Shown here in pieces: positions 8,422 to 22,308 of a stretch of 64,000 bases of DNA. This stretch comes from an uncultured Acidobacteriota bacterium (lineage in GTDB: Bacteria > Acidobacteriota > UBA6911 > RPQK01 > JAPXNP01). Each line of letters begins with the position of its first letter. Position 1 is the stretch's first letter. The translations under genes and the position numbers were made by a program. The DNA lies in contig CAVZRV010000030.1 of the NCBI GenBank assembly GCA_963777605.1, positions 32,001 through 96,000 on the forward strand. The letters are read 5' to 3'. The notes under the pieces are model-generated. The model was not told the DNA's origin. It searched no databases and saw only the letters and a list, made by a program, of their open reading frames with translations.

Positions 8422-10704
8422 TCAGGGCTCCGTTTCCCAAAAGGGATAGTGCTCGGTTGGAACTGGTGGCCAGCGCAGGTGCTCCGAGAACTGAATGATC
8501 CGTTGAACGTCTTCTTCCAGGAGGAACCCGTCGTCCCGCAGTGACCTGGCCGACTCCGTGACTTGCTCGAGGTAGGTCTGGCGGGTCGGGTAGCGCTCCT
8601 CAATCGAAAGCCGGGCGTCCCCCTTTTGCAGGCGCATCTCCCGGGTCGGTGCAAATGGCCAGAAGGAGGACTCGAACGGGGTGAGATAGTTCTCGGCTCC
8701 GGTCCCCGTCTTCCGGGGGTTGAAGCCCTGGTAGGTTCCCAGTGGAGCCTGCAGGGCGGGAACCCGAATGCCACCGATCCCGTTGCCATCCTGGTCAAAG
8801 GCGGGAACGCGGGTCTCGTAAGGGGGCCCGAACGGGACGGGAGGGACCCGGTCCTGGATTCCCTCGGACCAGAAGCGCGGACCGTAATCGAGACGTGCAG
8901 GCTTCAGGTTTCGGCCCGGATGCCGGACTGCCGGGAAGACGACGCCACCGAGTTCGTAGCGGGGAATGTGCGGAAAGCGCACCTGGTGTTCCTTGGGGGT
9001 GATCAACTCTCCGTGGTCGATACGGGGAACCCGGCTGGGCGGCGGAAGAATTCCCTCGGAGACCCAGCGATCGAGCGCGACAAGCAGGGCCCGGCCAACC
9101 GGGCGCTGGTCCACCTGCCCCACTGAATGCTCTGCATCGGAGGACGTCCGGGACGCACCCTTTCCCGGGCTGCCATGGCGTGCGCCGTTGACCATGTAGA
9201 CGCGCACGTTTGAGTTGAGGTCCAGGTCGGACGTTCCCTGGAGGTTGATGTGAAGCAGGGAGGCGGAGCGAGTCCAGTACTCCAGGGCATGGTTGGCCAC
9301 CAGGATTTTGGGGACCTTGCCGAGGCGCTTGGCTTCCCGAAGGACGTCGCCATACTGGCGCCCTTCTTGCCCCAGGGGATCAAACTGCTCGACTCCGTCC
9401 TCGGCGTACAGGAACGGCATGAAATCAGCCGGGTAGTCGTTCCCTTCGAGGTGTTTCTGGTGGTGGGTCGTCTGTGCCCAGCGGTAGTTGAAGCCGCCTT
9501 TGCCCCCTCCTGGAACGTGCGGTCTCGCCCCGTCGAATGTCATGCGATCCCGCTCGTCAACGTGAAATCCCTGGTAGATCATGTGCGTGATTACCCGGCC
9601 GGACTGTGAAATTCCAAAGATGTAGGCGTACTCGGGATCGATCTCTCCCCCGGGCGCCAGCGGATTGGGTGTCCCCGCAGAATCCTGGCGGTCGAACCGG
9701 AAGAATGAAATGGCGTCACGAATCGCCGTGAGGCCCAGGCCGACGAGGCGGGGGTAGGCCGCGGTGTAGACGACTTCGTAGAGCTTGCCGCGGCGGAAGC
9801 CCTCCGGCAGGTAGACATGCACCGGGCTGAAGATCGGCTTGCCCGAGGCGTCGAGTTTGGCGAACTGCCAGCGGTCATGCGGAATGACCTCACGGGGAGC
9901 CGGTTCCGCGGAGTCGGGATCATCGCGGACCGTCAGGACCGCTTTTGACGCGAATCCCTCGGCAAGCGGGTAACAGCGACTTCCTCCCCAGGCCAGCCGC
10001 TCGACCCGCGTTTGGTCGTCACCCTGCACGGCCAGTTCGGCATTGACGAGTCCCGTCATCGGATTGCCGTCGGGTTGAACGACGACCGGCAGGTTGATCC
10101 GAAGCGGCTTCTCGCCCACCCGCTCGACGTCCCAGTTCCATCCCGACCAGAGCAGGGAATAGCCTTGGCGCATGAGCCAGCCGTTCCCCATGTCCTCCAG
10201 GGTTCTGGGATCGGTGGTTGACTCCGCGTCGTTGAGGAAACCCAGCATCAAGGGAAGGCCCCGGTTGTTGACGTCGTAGAGCAGCCGGTGATTTCCCTTC
10301 GACAGTTCGACCGGCTTGAGCAACAGGAAGTCCCCCTCGAACTCGACTTCTCCCTCGTCGTTGCGAGCGTCCTCGCCGATCACTTCCACTATTTCGTCCC
10401 CTTCAATGCGCGAGAGATCCTGTCTCAGCTGACCCTTTGATGCCAGTTTCAGGTCAACGACCGCCGCGTTGTGAGGGTTTGCGGGAGCGACCGCGTAGAC
10501 GAGTCGGCCCCGAATGCGCTCGTAGGGGCCAACCCCGCCGAAAGAGTACCCATCCGCGACCAGCGAACGTTCCGAGATCATCAGTCGGACGACGCGGGCC
10601 AGGCACGTCTGGGCGCCGGCGGTGAGGACGGCGGTCAGGATCAAGGCACACGAAAACGGGAGCGAACGGGAGTAGTTTCTTTGCATGACACCTCGTGCCG
10701 ACAT
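8422..10704 (-). CDS. Secreted alpha/beta-hydrolase domain protein (large, ABhydrolase_10-like)
   Basis: Signal peptide; GISQSGR nucleophile-elbow motif, EYWTRSASL, DGNGIGGIRVP, SIEERY, GFLLEED. Confidence 0.75.
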   Translation of the reverse strand: MSARGVMQRNYSRSLPFSCALILTAVLTAGAQTCLARVVRLMISERSLVADGYSFGGVGPYERIRGRLVYAVAPANPHNAAVVDLKLASKGQLRQDLSRIEGDEIVEVIGEDARNDEGEVEFEGDFLLLKPVELSKGNHRLLYDVNNRGLPLMLGFLNDAESTTDPRTLEDMGNGWLMRQGYSLLWSGWNWDVERVGEKPLRINLPVVVQPDGNPMTGLVNAELAVQGDDQTRVERLAWGGSRCYPLAEGFASKAVLTVRDDPDSAEPAPREVIPHDRWQFAKLDASGKPIFSPVHVYLPEGFRRGKLYEVVYTAAYPRLVGLGLTAIRDAISFFRFDRQDSAGTPNPLAPGGEIDPEYAYIFGISQSGRVITHMIYQGFHVDERDRMTFDGARPHVPGGGKGGFNYRWAQTTHHQKHLEGNDYPADFMPFLYAEDGVEQFDPLGQEGRQYGDVLREAKRLGKVPKILVANHALEYWTRSASLLHINLQGTSDLDLNSNVRVYMVNGARHGSPGKGASRTSSDAEHSVGQVDQRPVGRALLVALDRWVSEGILPPPSRVPRIDHGELITPKEHQVRFPHIPRYELGGVVFPAVRHPGRNLKPARLDYGPRFWSEGIQDRVPPVPFGPPYETRVPAFDQDGNGIGGIRVPALQAPLGTYQGFNPRKTGTGAENYLTPFESSFWPFAPTREMRLQKGDARLSIEERYPTRQTYLEQVTESARSLRDDGFLLEEDVQRIIQFSEHLRWPPVPTEHYPFWETEP

Positions 10705-10802
10705 GATCGCCGATCACGGCGCGAGGGGCAAACTCCGCCCGCCCGAAGAAGCCGGGAAATCCGGTTTTCTCCGGCGGCAGTCTCCCGTATGCTTGGTTCA
10801 CA

Positions 10803-11678
10803 ATGAACCACTCCGAAACGTGGATCGAAGCCGATGACGGTACCCGTCTCTTCTGTCAGCGATGGGTTCCCGAACCGGTGACCGGCGCAAGGATCGGCCT
10901 CGTCCACGGGTTCGGCGACCACTCTGGAAGGTACGAGGAACTGGTTGTTTCGCTGACATCCGCCGGACACGGGCTATTTGCGTTCGACCTGAGAGGGCAC
11001 GGAAGGTCTTCCGGTCGCCGCGGACACATTCTCGCGTGGCAGCAGTATCGAGACGACCTGTCGCGTTTTCTCGACGAACTTAACAAGCAGGGTTCCGGGC
11101 CGTCATTTCTCCTCGGTCACAGCATGGGAGGCCTCATTATTCTGGAATTCCTTCTTGGCGAAGAGGCCGCTGATTCGACCGCCCGCGAAACGCACCGGGA
11201 CTCGATCGAAGGGGCGATCCTCTCGGCCCCGCTTCTCGAACAGCCCCGGCTTCCGGCCTGGCGTCTGCAGATCGCTGCCTGGCTGTCCAGGCTCTGGCCG
11301 GGTTTTTCCCTCAGAGCGGGAATCGATCCTGCCACGCTGTCTCGCAGCGAGAACGAGCAGGACGGGTACCGGCACGATCCGCTGGTTCACGGGACCGGCT
11401 CGGCGCGCCTGGCGACTGAGTTGCTTTCAGCTCAGTCGCGGGTTTTCAACTCGGCCAACCGCTTGAGAACTCCGGTCCTGCTGTGTCACGGCACGGCAGA
11501 TCGACTCGTTCCAATCTCGGGGAGTCGGCGGTTGGCCTCCGCAGCACCGCCCGCTGTCGTTGCGTTGAAGGAGTATTCGGGAGCCTGTCACGAACTGCAC
11601 AACGACCTGGTGAAGGAAGAGTATTTCGGAGACGTTCTCCACTGGATTGAGGAAACAGCTCAACGCAAGGGAGTTTGA
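10803..11678 (+). CDS. Lysophospholipase/monoacylglycerol lipase family alpha/beta hydrolase
   Basis: VHGFGDHSGRY, DLRGHGRS, GHSMGG, HGTADRLV, HELHND. Confidence 0.9.
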   Translation: MNHSETWIEADDGTRLFCQRWVPEPVTGARIGLVHGFGDHSGRYEELVVSLTSAGHGLFAFDLRGHGRSSGRRGHILAWQQYRDDLSRFLDELNKQGSGPSFLLGHSMGGLIILEFLLGEEAADSTARETHRDSIEGAILSAPLLEQPRLPAWRLQIAAWLSRLWPGFSLRAGIDPATLSRSENEQDGYRHDPLVHGTGSARLATELLSAQSRVFNSANRLRTPVLLCHGTADRLVPISGSRRLASAAPPAVVALKEYSGACHELHNDLVKEEYFGDVLHWIEETAQRKGV

Positions 11679-11679
11679 G

Positions 11680-14254
11680 ATGAGAGAGTGGGTCATACGA
11701 GTCCTGTCCTTATGTCTGACCATCGGAGTGTTGGCGTGCTCGAACTGTTCGACCGGTGAACAACCTCTCACAATCGGTATCTCACCCGTGGCAGACCCCC
11801 TGGAAGTATTGGCAGCCAAGGAACTCCGGCGCTACTGGTACCTGACGACCGGGAAACTGGGTGACATCCGGACGGTTGACGAACCGTCGGCGACAACCTC
11901 GAATCAGGTTATCCTTTGCACCATCGGAACCCCGTTCTCGCTTTCTGTCGAGCGAGTCCTGTCCCCGCCGGCGACCGACATCCAGGATGACCAGGGATAC
12001 CAGGTAATCAGCATCGGAGACCGGGGCAGCGGCGGAGTCCTGGTCCGGGGCGCCAGTCACCTCGGGACACTCTACGGTGCCTATCGCTTGATCGAGGCTC
12101 TCGGGGTTCGCTTCTATCCGGATGGCGACGCAATTCCGGAGATCCGAAAGGACCTCCGGCTTCCGCTGTTGAACCTGGTGGAGGCTCCCGCATTCCGGCT
12201 GCGGGGGATTCAGCCTTTTCACGATTTTCCGGAGGGGCCTGACTGGTGGAACCTGGACGACTACAAAGCGACCATCGCTCAGCTTGCGAAGATGCGGCTG
12301 AACTTCATCGGTTTTCACACCTATCCCTCCAAACCTTTCGACGGGGCATCGAAGCCGGAACCGATGGTGTGGATCGGCCTCGAAGACCAGGTTGCCGATG
12401 GGGGTCAGGTCCGTTCCGCGTATCCGGTGATGCACTTTCACACCGGGGACCGGACCTGGGGTTACGACACGATGGAGACATCGGCCTTCCACCTGGGGGG
12501 ATCGCAGCTTTTCGATCGGGACGACTACGGAGCCGGCTACATGGCCGGGATTTCGCCGTGGCCGCATCGACAGGAGGAGAATGTACGGATTTTCGACGAG
12601 TTCGGGAAACTCCAGCGAAGCGCGTTCGGCTTTGCCCGGAAGCTCGGAGTCCGAACCTGCGTCGGAACCGAAACTCCACTGACCATCCCGGAACCAGTGC
12701 AGGCCGAACTGCTCAGGCGGGGGATGGCCCCCGACTCGGAGGATGCCGTTCGCGCTGTCTACCGGGGGATCTTCACCCGCATCATGAAGACCCATCCACT
12801 GGACTACTACTGGTTTTGGACTCCCGAGTCGTGGACCTGGGATGAGATTCCCGATCGGGAAGTGGATCAGACCCGCAAGGATTTACTCGTCGCCTACGAG
12901 GTTGCCCGGGAGCTTGGAGTCCCCTTCGAGCTGGCCACGTCGGGATGGGTCCTGGGTCCTCCGGGGAACCGGGCGCAGTTCGACCAGGAACTGCCCAAGG
13001 AGATCGCCTTCAGCTGCATCAACCGCGAGGTCGGTTTCACCCCGGTGGAAGAGGGGTTCAGGCGGGTAGAGGGCCGTTCAAAGTGGGCGATACCGTGGCT
13101 GGAAGACGACCCTGCGCTCACCTCGCCGCAATTGTGGGTTGGGAGGGTCCGGCGTGATGCCCGGGATGCTCAGCGCTACGGTTGCGACGGCCTCTTCGGG
13201 ATCCACTGGCGCACGCGTCCTCTCGGCCCGGCGTTCGGTGCCCTCGCCCAGGCCGGATGGTCGGTACGTGATTGGGCCGAATCTCCTGACGGTCGTGACC
13301 TGGCCTCCGACGATTTTTACCTGGATTGGGCGGTCGCCCAGTTTGGGCCGGATGCGGGTCCGGAGGCGGCACGGATCTTCACCGAAGTGGACGGGGGGCC
13401 GCTCTATCACAGCGGCCAGGGTCCCCGGCAGGCCAATCTCTTCCGGGCTTCCGACTGGGCGGGTAAGGGGCCGGGCGGCGTCTTGGTCAACGAGGAACCC
13501 TGGAGTGAAGTGGCGCCCCGGTTCTCGTTTGTGGAGGAACTGGCGGCGTTGGAACCCAGGGTCACCGGAGCGGCCGCAAGGGAGCGGTTTGAATACTGGT
13601 TGAACCTGTTTCGTCTATTCCCGGCAGATGGCCGAGGTCGGCTGTACCCTGGGCGAACTGAAGGCGGCTGTGGGTGCCGCACAGAGGGAGAGAAGCCGGG
13701 TACAGGCACGGATCAGGACTGAGCAGGAGATTCTGCCACTGCGGGAGCGGGCAGCCCGGGAATGGAGCGAGATGGGGACCCTCCTGCTGAAGTACGTCAG
13801 CACGACCGGCGGAATGGGGACGATCGCCAACCTGGAACAGCACAACCTCGCCAACCTGAAACGATTGACGGAGTACGACGACGCCCTCGAGAAGCTCCTG
13901 GGAAAACCGGTTCCAGGACTTGAACTCGCAAGGGACTACCAGGGGCCGGACCGGCTCTTTCTCCCGACCAGGCGGGGAACCCTCGAAAGAGGTGAGGATT
14001 TGCGACTGGAGGCGATCGTCCTGAGCCGGATTCCCCCGAGCGAGGTTGTGCTCCACTGGAGGATGCTCGGCGACGGTGAGTTCTCGGAAGAGACCTTTAT
14101 GAGCGGAGAACGGGGCGTTTATCGGATAATACTGGAGTCAGCCCGGATCGGTGACTCGGACATTGAGTATTTTGTAGAGGCCAGAATGGACGGTTCCGCC
14201 CTTGTTGCCCCTCCGTCCGCTCCGGTGACGGGCCAGACCGTAGTGGTCTGGTGA
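11680..14254 (+). CDS. Large exported glycoside-hydrolase-like protein (GH20/67/115-type N-domain + TIM barrel); apparent +1 frameshift ~13612
   Basis: Signal/lipobox-like N-terminus; GTLYGAYRLIE, PAFRLRGIQPFH, KMRLNF, PWLEDD, GIHWR; continues as F-R-Y-S-R-Q-MAEVG in the +1 frame to 14254. Confidence 0.6.
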
Positions 14255-14305
14255 TCGAAAATTAGCCTGAATCTCCAGTGTAAACGTTGGGATGTTTGTC
14301 TTCAG

Positions 14306-16639
<2,334 letters not shown>

Positions 16640-16671
16640 TTCATCCCGCTAGTCGAATTCGTAGAGGAAGA

Positions 16672-18012
16672 ATGATGACGAGAATTGCTATGTGGAACGT
16701 GTTCTTGGGCCTCCTGCTGCTGCTCACTGCAGCCGGGTGCTCTTCGCAGAGCGGGCCGACAGCCAAGGCCGAGGCCCAGGAATTTCGCCAGGCCATGCAA
16801 TCGTATCAGCAGAGCAAGGACCCTGCAGAGAAACTCCGCTTGGCCACCGACTTCCTGGACAAGTACCCCGACAGTCCATATACGGTCCAAGTGGTCGATG
16901 CGGTAACCCGTGACTACTATGGTACCGCCGTGACTGACCCAAAAGGGGCGGTCGCGTTTGCCCAGTCCAGGCTGGCCGGGTTGTCCGATCAGCGCCAAAT
17001 TGAGGCGGGACGCCTGGTTCTCCTGCGGTTGTACGGAAAGGCGGGCATGGGAGAGTCAATCGCGGCTCTGGCGGACAAACTGGGTTCGAAGGCGAGCCTC
17101 TCCGACCGGACGGCGATCGTTGATGGAGCGGTGGCAGCCGGTGACTGGGGCCTGGTGGAAAGAGAGGCTCAAGTCACCCTCGATCTCCTTTCCCCCGATT
17201 ATCTCAAGAACAGGTCGGGAGGCGAGGAACTGAACGAAGCCCAGATTGATTTCGAACTCCGGATGCAGAAGGCCGACCTTTATCGGTATCTCGGAGAGGC
17301 CCGTTTTCGCCAGGGTGCCGTCGGTGACGCTCTCAAGGATTTCGAGTCGGCTAACCAGGACGAGATTCGTAATTTCGTGGGTCTTGGCTTTACTTCGCTG
17401 GACGAAATGTGGGGAGAGGCCTTGATCGCTTCGGGAGAGAACCAGAAGGCGATGGACGTGCTGGAGCGTCCCGCCCTGATCGGACGCAACGAGGAGGCAC
17501 TCGGGCTGTTTAGAAAGGCGTATCTTGCGACCGGGCATCCCGAAAAGGAGTTCGATCGATTTTGTGCCGACCGGCGAGTCCAGGTGGCGCCGGAGATGCC
17601 AGGCTTTCAGGCTCTGGATTACAGCGGAAAGGAATTCACCTACGAGCCGGGCAACGGAAAGGTCACCTTCCTGGCCTTCTGGTTCCCGACATGAGGGGGA
17701 TGCCGCGTGGAGTTGCCACGCCTCCAGTCGCTTTACGAGAAGTTTCGGGATCGTGGTGTCGAGTTTATCGCCGTGGAAGCGGTGCGCGACACTGAAGGAG
17801 CAGAAGAGTTCATCGAGAAGAACGGCCTGAGTTATCGCTTCCTGGAGAACGGAGAAGGAAAGAGGGAGATCGTGCGCTCATTGTTCCATGTCCGGGTGTT
17901 CCCGACGTCGCTGTTGATTGACCAGAAGGGCCGGGTGGTCAGCTGCCATATCGACTACAGTGAGGGCGACGACGCCCGCTTTGAATCTGAGATCCTAAAC
18001 CTCCTGAGTTGA
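16672..18012 (+). CDS. Putative selenoprotein: lipoprotein with TPR-like helical region and TlpA/redoxin domain, UxxC active site (TGA 17692-17694 = Sec)
   Basis: ORFs 16672-17694 and 17707-18012 are in the same frame. Read-through gives [19 protein letters not shown], followed by [11 protein letters not shown]. Lipobox TAAGC; hairpin 10 nt after the TGA. Confidence 0.85.
17695..17725 (+). promoter_or_regulatory. Candidate bacterial SECIS element
   Basis: GCGTGG-AGTTG-CCACGC perfect 6-bp stem (17705-17721) with G as 2nd loop base; possible lower stem GGGGGA/CTCC. Confidence 0.7.
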
Positions 18013-18026
18013 ATCGAGGAACTAGT

Positions 18027-19826
18027 TTGAACACACGAGAAGACATAAGAAACCTGGCCATCATCGCTCACGTCGATCACGGCAAGACGACCCTGGTGGA
18101 TGCGATGCTGTGGCAGAGCGGGATTTTTCGAAACAACGAGCAGGTCGCCGAGCGGGTGATGGACTCCATTGACCTGGAGCGGGAAAAGGGAATCACCATC
18201 ATGGCGAAGAATACTTCGATCTTCTATCGAGGTGTTCGAATCAACATCGTCGACACTCCGGGACACGCCGACTTCGGAGGCGAAGTCGAGCGAACCCTCA
18301 AGATGGTGGACGGAGTCCTGCTCCTGGTCGATGCAAGCGAGGGACCGCTTCCACAGACCCGCTTCGTGCTCCGGAAGGCGCTGGAAGCGAGCCTGCCGAC
18401 GATCCTGGTCATCAACAAGATCGACCGCTCCGACGCCCGTATCGAAGAAGTCCTCGACGAGGTTTACGACCTCTTTATCGACCTGGATGCCTCGGACGAT
18501 CAACTCGACTTCCCGATTCTTTACTGCAATGCTCGGGCAGGAGTCTGCCGAACCGAGCCCGAGGGAGAGGACCAGACCCTGGTTCCCCTGTTCGAACAGA
18601 TCCTCGCGACGTTTTCCGGTCCTCGCTTCGATCCGGATGCTCCCCTGCAGTTCCTGGTGACCAGCCTCGACTATGACGACTACGTCGGACGTCTTGCCGT
18701 TGGACGGGTCTTCAACGGCTCGTTGAAGACCCGGCAGAAAGCCATGCTGGCCCGGAATGACGATTCGATGGTCCCGGTTGACGTCACCGGCCTGTTTGGC
18801 TACGACGGGCTCAAGCGAGTCAAGATCGACGCGGCCCGCGCCGGTGACATTGTTTCGATTGCCGGGATTCAGGAAATCAGCATCGGCGAGACGGTGACCG
18901 CGGTGGAGCGGCCGCTCCGGCTTCCGGGGATCCGGGTAGACGAACCGACTCTGGCCGTGACGATTTCAATCAACGATTCGCCCTTTTCGGGCAGGGACGG
19001 GAGGTACCTCACGTCCCGGAAGATCAAGGAGCGGCTGGACCGCGAGACCCTGACCAATGTCTCCATCCGGGTGGAACCCACCGATTCACCCGACTGCTTT
19101 CAGGTTTCCGGCCGGGGTGAACTACAGTTGGCCATTCTCATCGAGATGATGCGACGAGAGGACTTCGAAATGACCGTCGGGAGGCCCCAGGTCCTGACTC
19201 ACCTCGAGGACGGGCAGGTGATGGAGCCGATGGAGAGCCTGGTTATCGATTGCCCGGAGGAGTACATCGGCGTCGTCACGGAAGCGGTTGGGATTCGCAA
19301 GGGCCGGATGACCAAGATGGTTAATCACGGCACTGGTCGGGTTCGGATGGAGTTTCGCATTCCATCGAGAGGTCTGCTCGGCTTCCGCTCGCAGTTCCTG
19401 ACCGACACGCGCGGGTCCGGAATCCTGACCCATGTTTTCGACGGCTACGACGTCTGGCAGGGCGAGATCTCCCAACGCAGCAGTGGGGCCATGGTTTCGG
19501 ACCGCCCCGGACGCGCTACCGGCTACGCGATTGAGCACCTGCAGCCGCGAGGTGAATTGTTCGTGCTCCCGGGAGAAGAAGTCTACGAAGGGATGATCGT
19601 GGGCGAGAATGCCCGTCCACAGGATCTCGACGTGAACATCACCAAGGAGAAGAAGTTGACCAATATGCGCTCCTCGACATCCGACGAACTCATTCACCTG
19701 ATTCCGCCGCGGCGGATGAGCCTGGAGCAGTCGCTCGAGTACGTTCGCGAGGACGAAGCCCTGGAGGTCACCCCGAAGTCGGTGCGGCTCAGGAAGCGGT
19801 TCCTTCAGGCCTCGAAGAGAAAGTGA
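18027..19826 (+). CDS. typA: Translational GTPase TypA/BipA
   Basis: [57 protein letters not shown]; TTG start after GAGGA. Confidence 0.97.
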   Translation: MNTREDIRNLAIIAHVDHGKTTLVDAMLWQSGIFRNNEQVAERVMDSIDLEREKGITIMAKNTSIFYRGVRINIVDTPGHADFGGEVERTLKMVDGVLLLVDASEGPLPQTRFVLRKALEASLPTILVINKIDRSDARIEEVLDEVYDLFIDLDASDDQLDFPILYCNARAGVCRTEPEGEDQTLVPLFEQILATFSGPRFDPDAPLQFLVTSLDYDDYVGRLAVGRVFNGSLKTRQKAMLARNDDSMVPVDVTGLFGYDGLKRVKIDAARAGDIVSIAGIQEISIGETVTAVERPLRLPGIRVDEPTLAVTISINDSPFSGRDGRYLTSRKIKERLDRETLTNVSIRVEPTDSPDCFQVSGRGELQLAILIEMMRREDFEMTVGRPQVLTHLEDGQVMEPMESLVIDCPEEYIGVVTEAVGIRKGRMTKMVNHGTGRVRMEFRIPSRGLLGFRSQFLTDTRGSGILTHVFDGYDVWQGEISQRSSGAMVSDRPGRATGYAIEHLQPRGELFVLPGEEVYEGMIVGENARPQDLDVNITKEKKLTNMRSSTSDELIHLIPPRRMSLEQSLEYVREDEALEVTPKSVRLRKRFLQASKRK

Positions 19827-19952
19827 ACGGGCGATGAATCGATGAAACCCGGGGGTATGGAGATCGCGCATCCGTCCTCCAACCGATCAGTGCCGGATCC
19901 TCCGGTATGGGCAGCCAAGATTCCGTGAGAGTCCCCGGCTATACTGTCCTCG

Positions 19953-21176
19953 ATGAGCGTTCGTACGGGGAGTGCTGACCTGCCGCTTCATGGGGGGCGC
20001 GTGCCGGCCTGGCTGGCCGGGCGGATGGCCCGCCTGGGCCGGGTCGTCACCGAAGCAATCGTCGGAGAATACGGGCGGGATGAGTTTCTGGCTCGACTGT
20101 CCCATCCCTTCTGGTTTCAGTCGTTCGGTGCCGTTATGGGGATGGACTGGCATTCTTCGGGGATTACGACGAGTGTTCTCGGGGCCTTGAAGCGGGGACT
20201 CGAGCCGGTGCAGTGGGAACTGGGCATTCACGTCTGCGGCGGTCGGGGAAGGCATTCTCGAAGGACTCCGCAGGAGCTGATCGCGGTCGGACAGGGCCGG
20301 GGGCTCGATGGCGAGGGCCTGGCCGAGAAGAGCCGGCTTGTGGCCAAGGTGGACAGTGCCGCCGTTCAGGACGGATACCAGCTCTATCTCCATGGGTTCA
20401 TTGTGACCGACAAGGGGAACTGGGCCGTCGTGCAGCAGGGAATGAACCCCGAGCTGCGCCAGGCGCGGCGGTACCACTGGCTGTCGACGCGGGTCTCCTC
20501 TTTTGTCGAGGAACCCCACAGTGCAATTGAAGGACCGACCCAAGGGGAGATCCTCAACCTGACCGACAGGCGGGCCCGTATCTCCCGGGAAACTCAGGTC
20601 GCGCTGATTTCGGATCCTGACCAGGTTGTTGGTACCTTGAAGCTGCCGTCTCACCATGATGTCCGGACGCGCGACGTGAATCTGCCCCGACTCCGCGCCA
20701 CTCTCCTGTCGGCGGCGCGGCGCGGCCCGGTCGATTTTCAGGATCTGATGATGACTCCCGGAGTCGGTGCGCGCACCCTGGAAGCTTTGGCGCTGGTTGC
20801 TGAGGTGATTCACGGTGCTCCATGCCGTTTTCAGGACCCGGCCCGTTTTTCATTTGCCCATGGTGGCAAAGACGGACATCCCTTCCCGGTTCCCCTCAAG
20901 GTCTATGACGAGACCATTCGTGTCCTCCGTGGAGCCGTTGACCGCGCCCGGTTGGGAAATGACGACCGCCTGGCCGCCATCCGTCGACTTGACCTCGAGT
21001 CAAGGCGACTGGAGTCCTGGTCCGAATCGGGCCTCGCATTTGAGGACCAACCGTCTCTTGAGGAAATCACCCAGGCCCGGAGGGTCCAGGGGCCGGCGCT
21101 CGACGAACGCTCGGTCGGAACTTCAAAATCGAGAAAGGTTCTGCCGCAGACTCCCCGTCAGTTGACGCTGTTCTGA
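19953..21176 (+). CDS. DUF763 domain protein
   Basis: GSADLPLHGGRVP, WFQSFGAVMGMDWHSSGITT, KVDSAAVQDGY, FSFAHGGKDGHPFPVP. Confidence 0.85.
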   Translation: MSVRTGSADLPLHGGRVPAWLAGRMARLGRVVTEAIVGEYGRDEFLARLSHPFWFQSFGAVMGMDWHSSGITTSVLGALKRGLEPVQWELGIHVCGGRGRHSRRTPQELIAVGQGRGLDGEGLAEKSRLVAKVDSAAVQDGYQLYLHGFIVTDKGNWAVVQQGMNPELRQARRYHWLSTRVSSFVEEPHSAIEGPTQGEILNLTDRRARISRETQVALISDPDQVVGTLKLPSHHDVRTRDVNLPRLRATLLSAARRGPVDFQDLMMTPGVGARTLEALALVAEVIHGAPCRFQDPARFSFAHGGKDGHPFPVPLKVYDETIRVLRGAVDRARLGNDDRLAAIRRLDLESRRLESWSESGLAFEDQPSLEEITQARRVQGPALDERSVGTSKSRKVLPQTPRQLTLF

Positions 21177-21285
21177 GTTGTCTGCGTCGTGCGGTTCGCG
21201 CCGGACACAGAGGCAGGCCCTTGCCGGGCCTGCGTTCGAGAAGCTGCGCCGGACCAGGTCTTGATTGCCGCACCCCGGAAGCGTT

Positions 21286-21312
21286 GGGGCCGCGTTTCCT
21301 TAGCCCCGGCTC
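21286..21312. repeat. REP-like imperfect palindrome, copy 2 (degenerate)
   Basis: GGGGC-cgcgtttcctta-GCCCC-GGCTCT between convergent genes. Confidence 0.45.
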
Positions 21313-21323
21313 TGGGTGTGGCG

Positions 21324-22259
21324 TCAGTCTACCGGATGAAAGAGTTCCGTCGAGAAATAGCGTTCCATGCGGTCCGGAAAGACCGTGACCACGGTAGCCT
21401 CGGCCCCGAGTTGCCGGGCGGCTTCCTGGGCGGCCAGGAAGTTCAGTCCGGAACTGGCGCCGACGGGAAAGCCGCTTCGCATCAGGCAGCGTGCCGCCTC
21501 CAAGGCCGCCCGGTCCTCGACTTCAATCGTTTTGAGCCCGGAAAGGTCGGCGCCGCGAAAGATCTCGGAGAGCCCTTCCATCACTCCCGGAATGCACGGG
21601 CTGAAGCTGCAGCATTCGGCGTCCCTGAGCGCCGTTCCATGGACCGGCCGGGCGTAGAAGGGGCGCGTTTCACACCCGTGGTCGTGGAATCCCTCCAGGA
21701 GGCCGACCAGGGTTCCTCCGGTCCCTACTCCGCTGACCACGGCATCAACCTGCCCCGAGGGGATCTGGTTCATGATCTCCTGCGCGGTCTGGCGACGGTG
21801 CGCCTCGGCATTGTCCGGGTTGCTGAACTGGCGGGGCAGAAACGCCGAGCGTTCTTCAGCGAGAGCTTCTGCCCGGGAAATCGACCCATGGATGCCCTCT
21901 TCCCGAAGAGTCATGACGACCTCGCCTCCGTACGCCCGGATGATCATGACCCGCTCCGCACTGACCCCCTCCGGCATCACGGCGACAAAGTGTAGTCCGA
22001 ACTGCGCGCAGGCCAGAGCCATCGCGATGCTGGTTGACCCGCTGGATGCCTCGATGACAGTCTGACCCTCGGCCAGCCGCCCCTGTCTCAGGGCTTTGCC
22101 TAGAATGTAGTTGGCGATTCGGTCCTTGGTTGATCCGCTGGGATTGAGGAATTCGAGTTTGCACCAGATGACCGGCCCGTCGGGATCCCTGCGGACGGGT
22201 ACCAGGGGTGTCACCGGTGCCTGATTCAGGTAGACGTTTTCAACTTGTTTGTGCCACAT
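21324..22259 (-). CDS. PLP-dependent cysteine synthase family protein
   Basis: KLEFLNPSGSTKDRIA, EASSGSTSIA, QFSNPDN, GVGTGGT, GASSG, VFPDRMERYFS. Confidence 0.9.
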   Translation of the reverse strand: MWHKQVENVYLNQAPVTPLVPVRRDPDGPVIWCKLEFLNPSGSTKDRIANYILGKALRQGRLAEGQTVIEASSGSTSIAMALACAQFGLHFVAVMPEGVSAERVMIIRAYGGEVVMTLREEGIHGSISRAEALAEERSAFLPRQFSNPDNAEAHRRQTAQEIMNQIPSGQVDAVVSGVGTGGTLVGLLEGFHDHGCETRPFYARPVHGTALRDAECCSFSPCIPGVMEGLSEIFRGADLSGLKTIEVEDRAALEAARCLMRSGFPVGASSGLNFLAAQEAARQLGAEATVVTVFPDRMERYFSTELFHPVD

Positions 22260-22308
22260 TCGCCCCGGAATGTAACACCAAGCCGGTCGCCAGGGAAGAG
22301 GCTGGTCG

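Noticed and set aside
6928-8798. Long N-terminal extensions in the ORF track (CobW to 7386, UroD to 8798; likewise queF from 42349 and Lrp to 48704)
   Set aside because: They overlap neighbouring genes or promoter regions; family-typical starts with SD or stop overlaps lie downstream
10715-10790. GGCAAAC-containing segment resembling a c-di-GMP-I riboswitch
   Set aside because: Lacks the GAAA-loop P2 and the downstream GACGCAAAGC core
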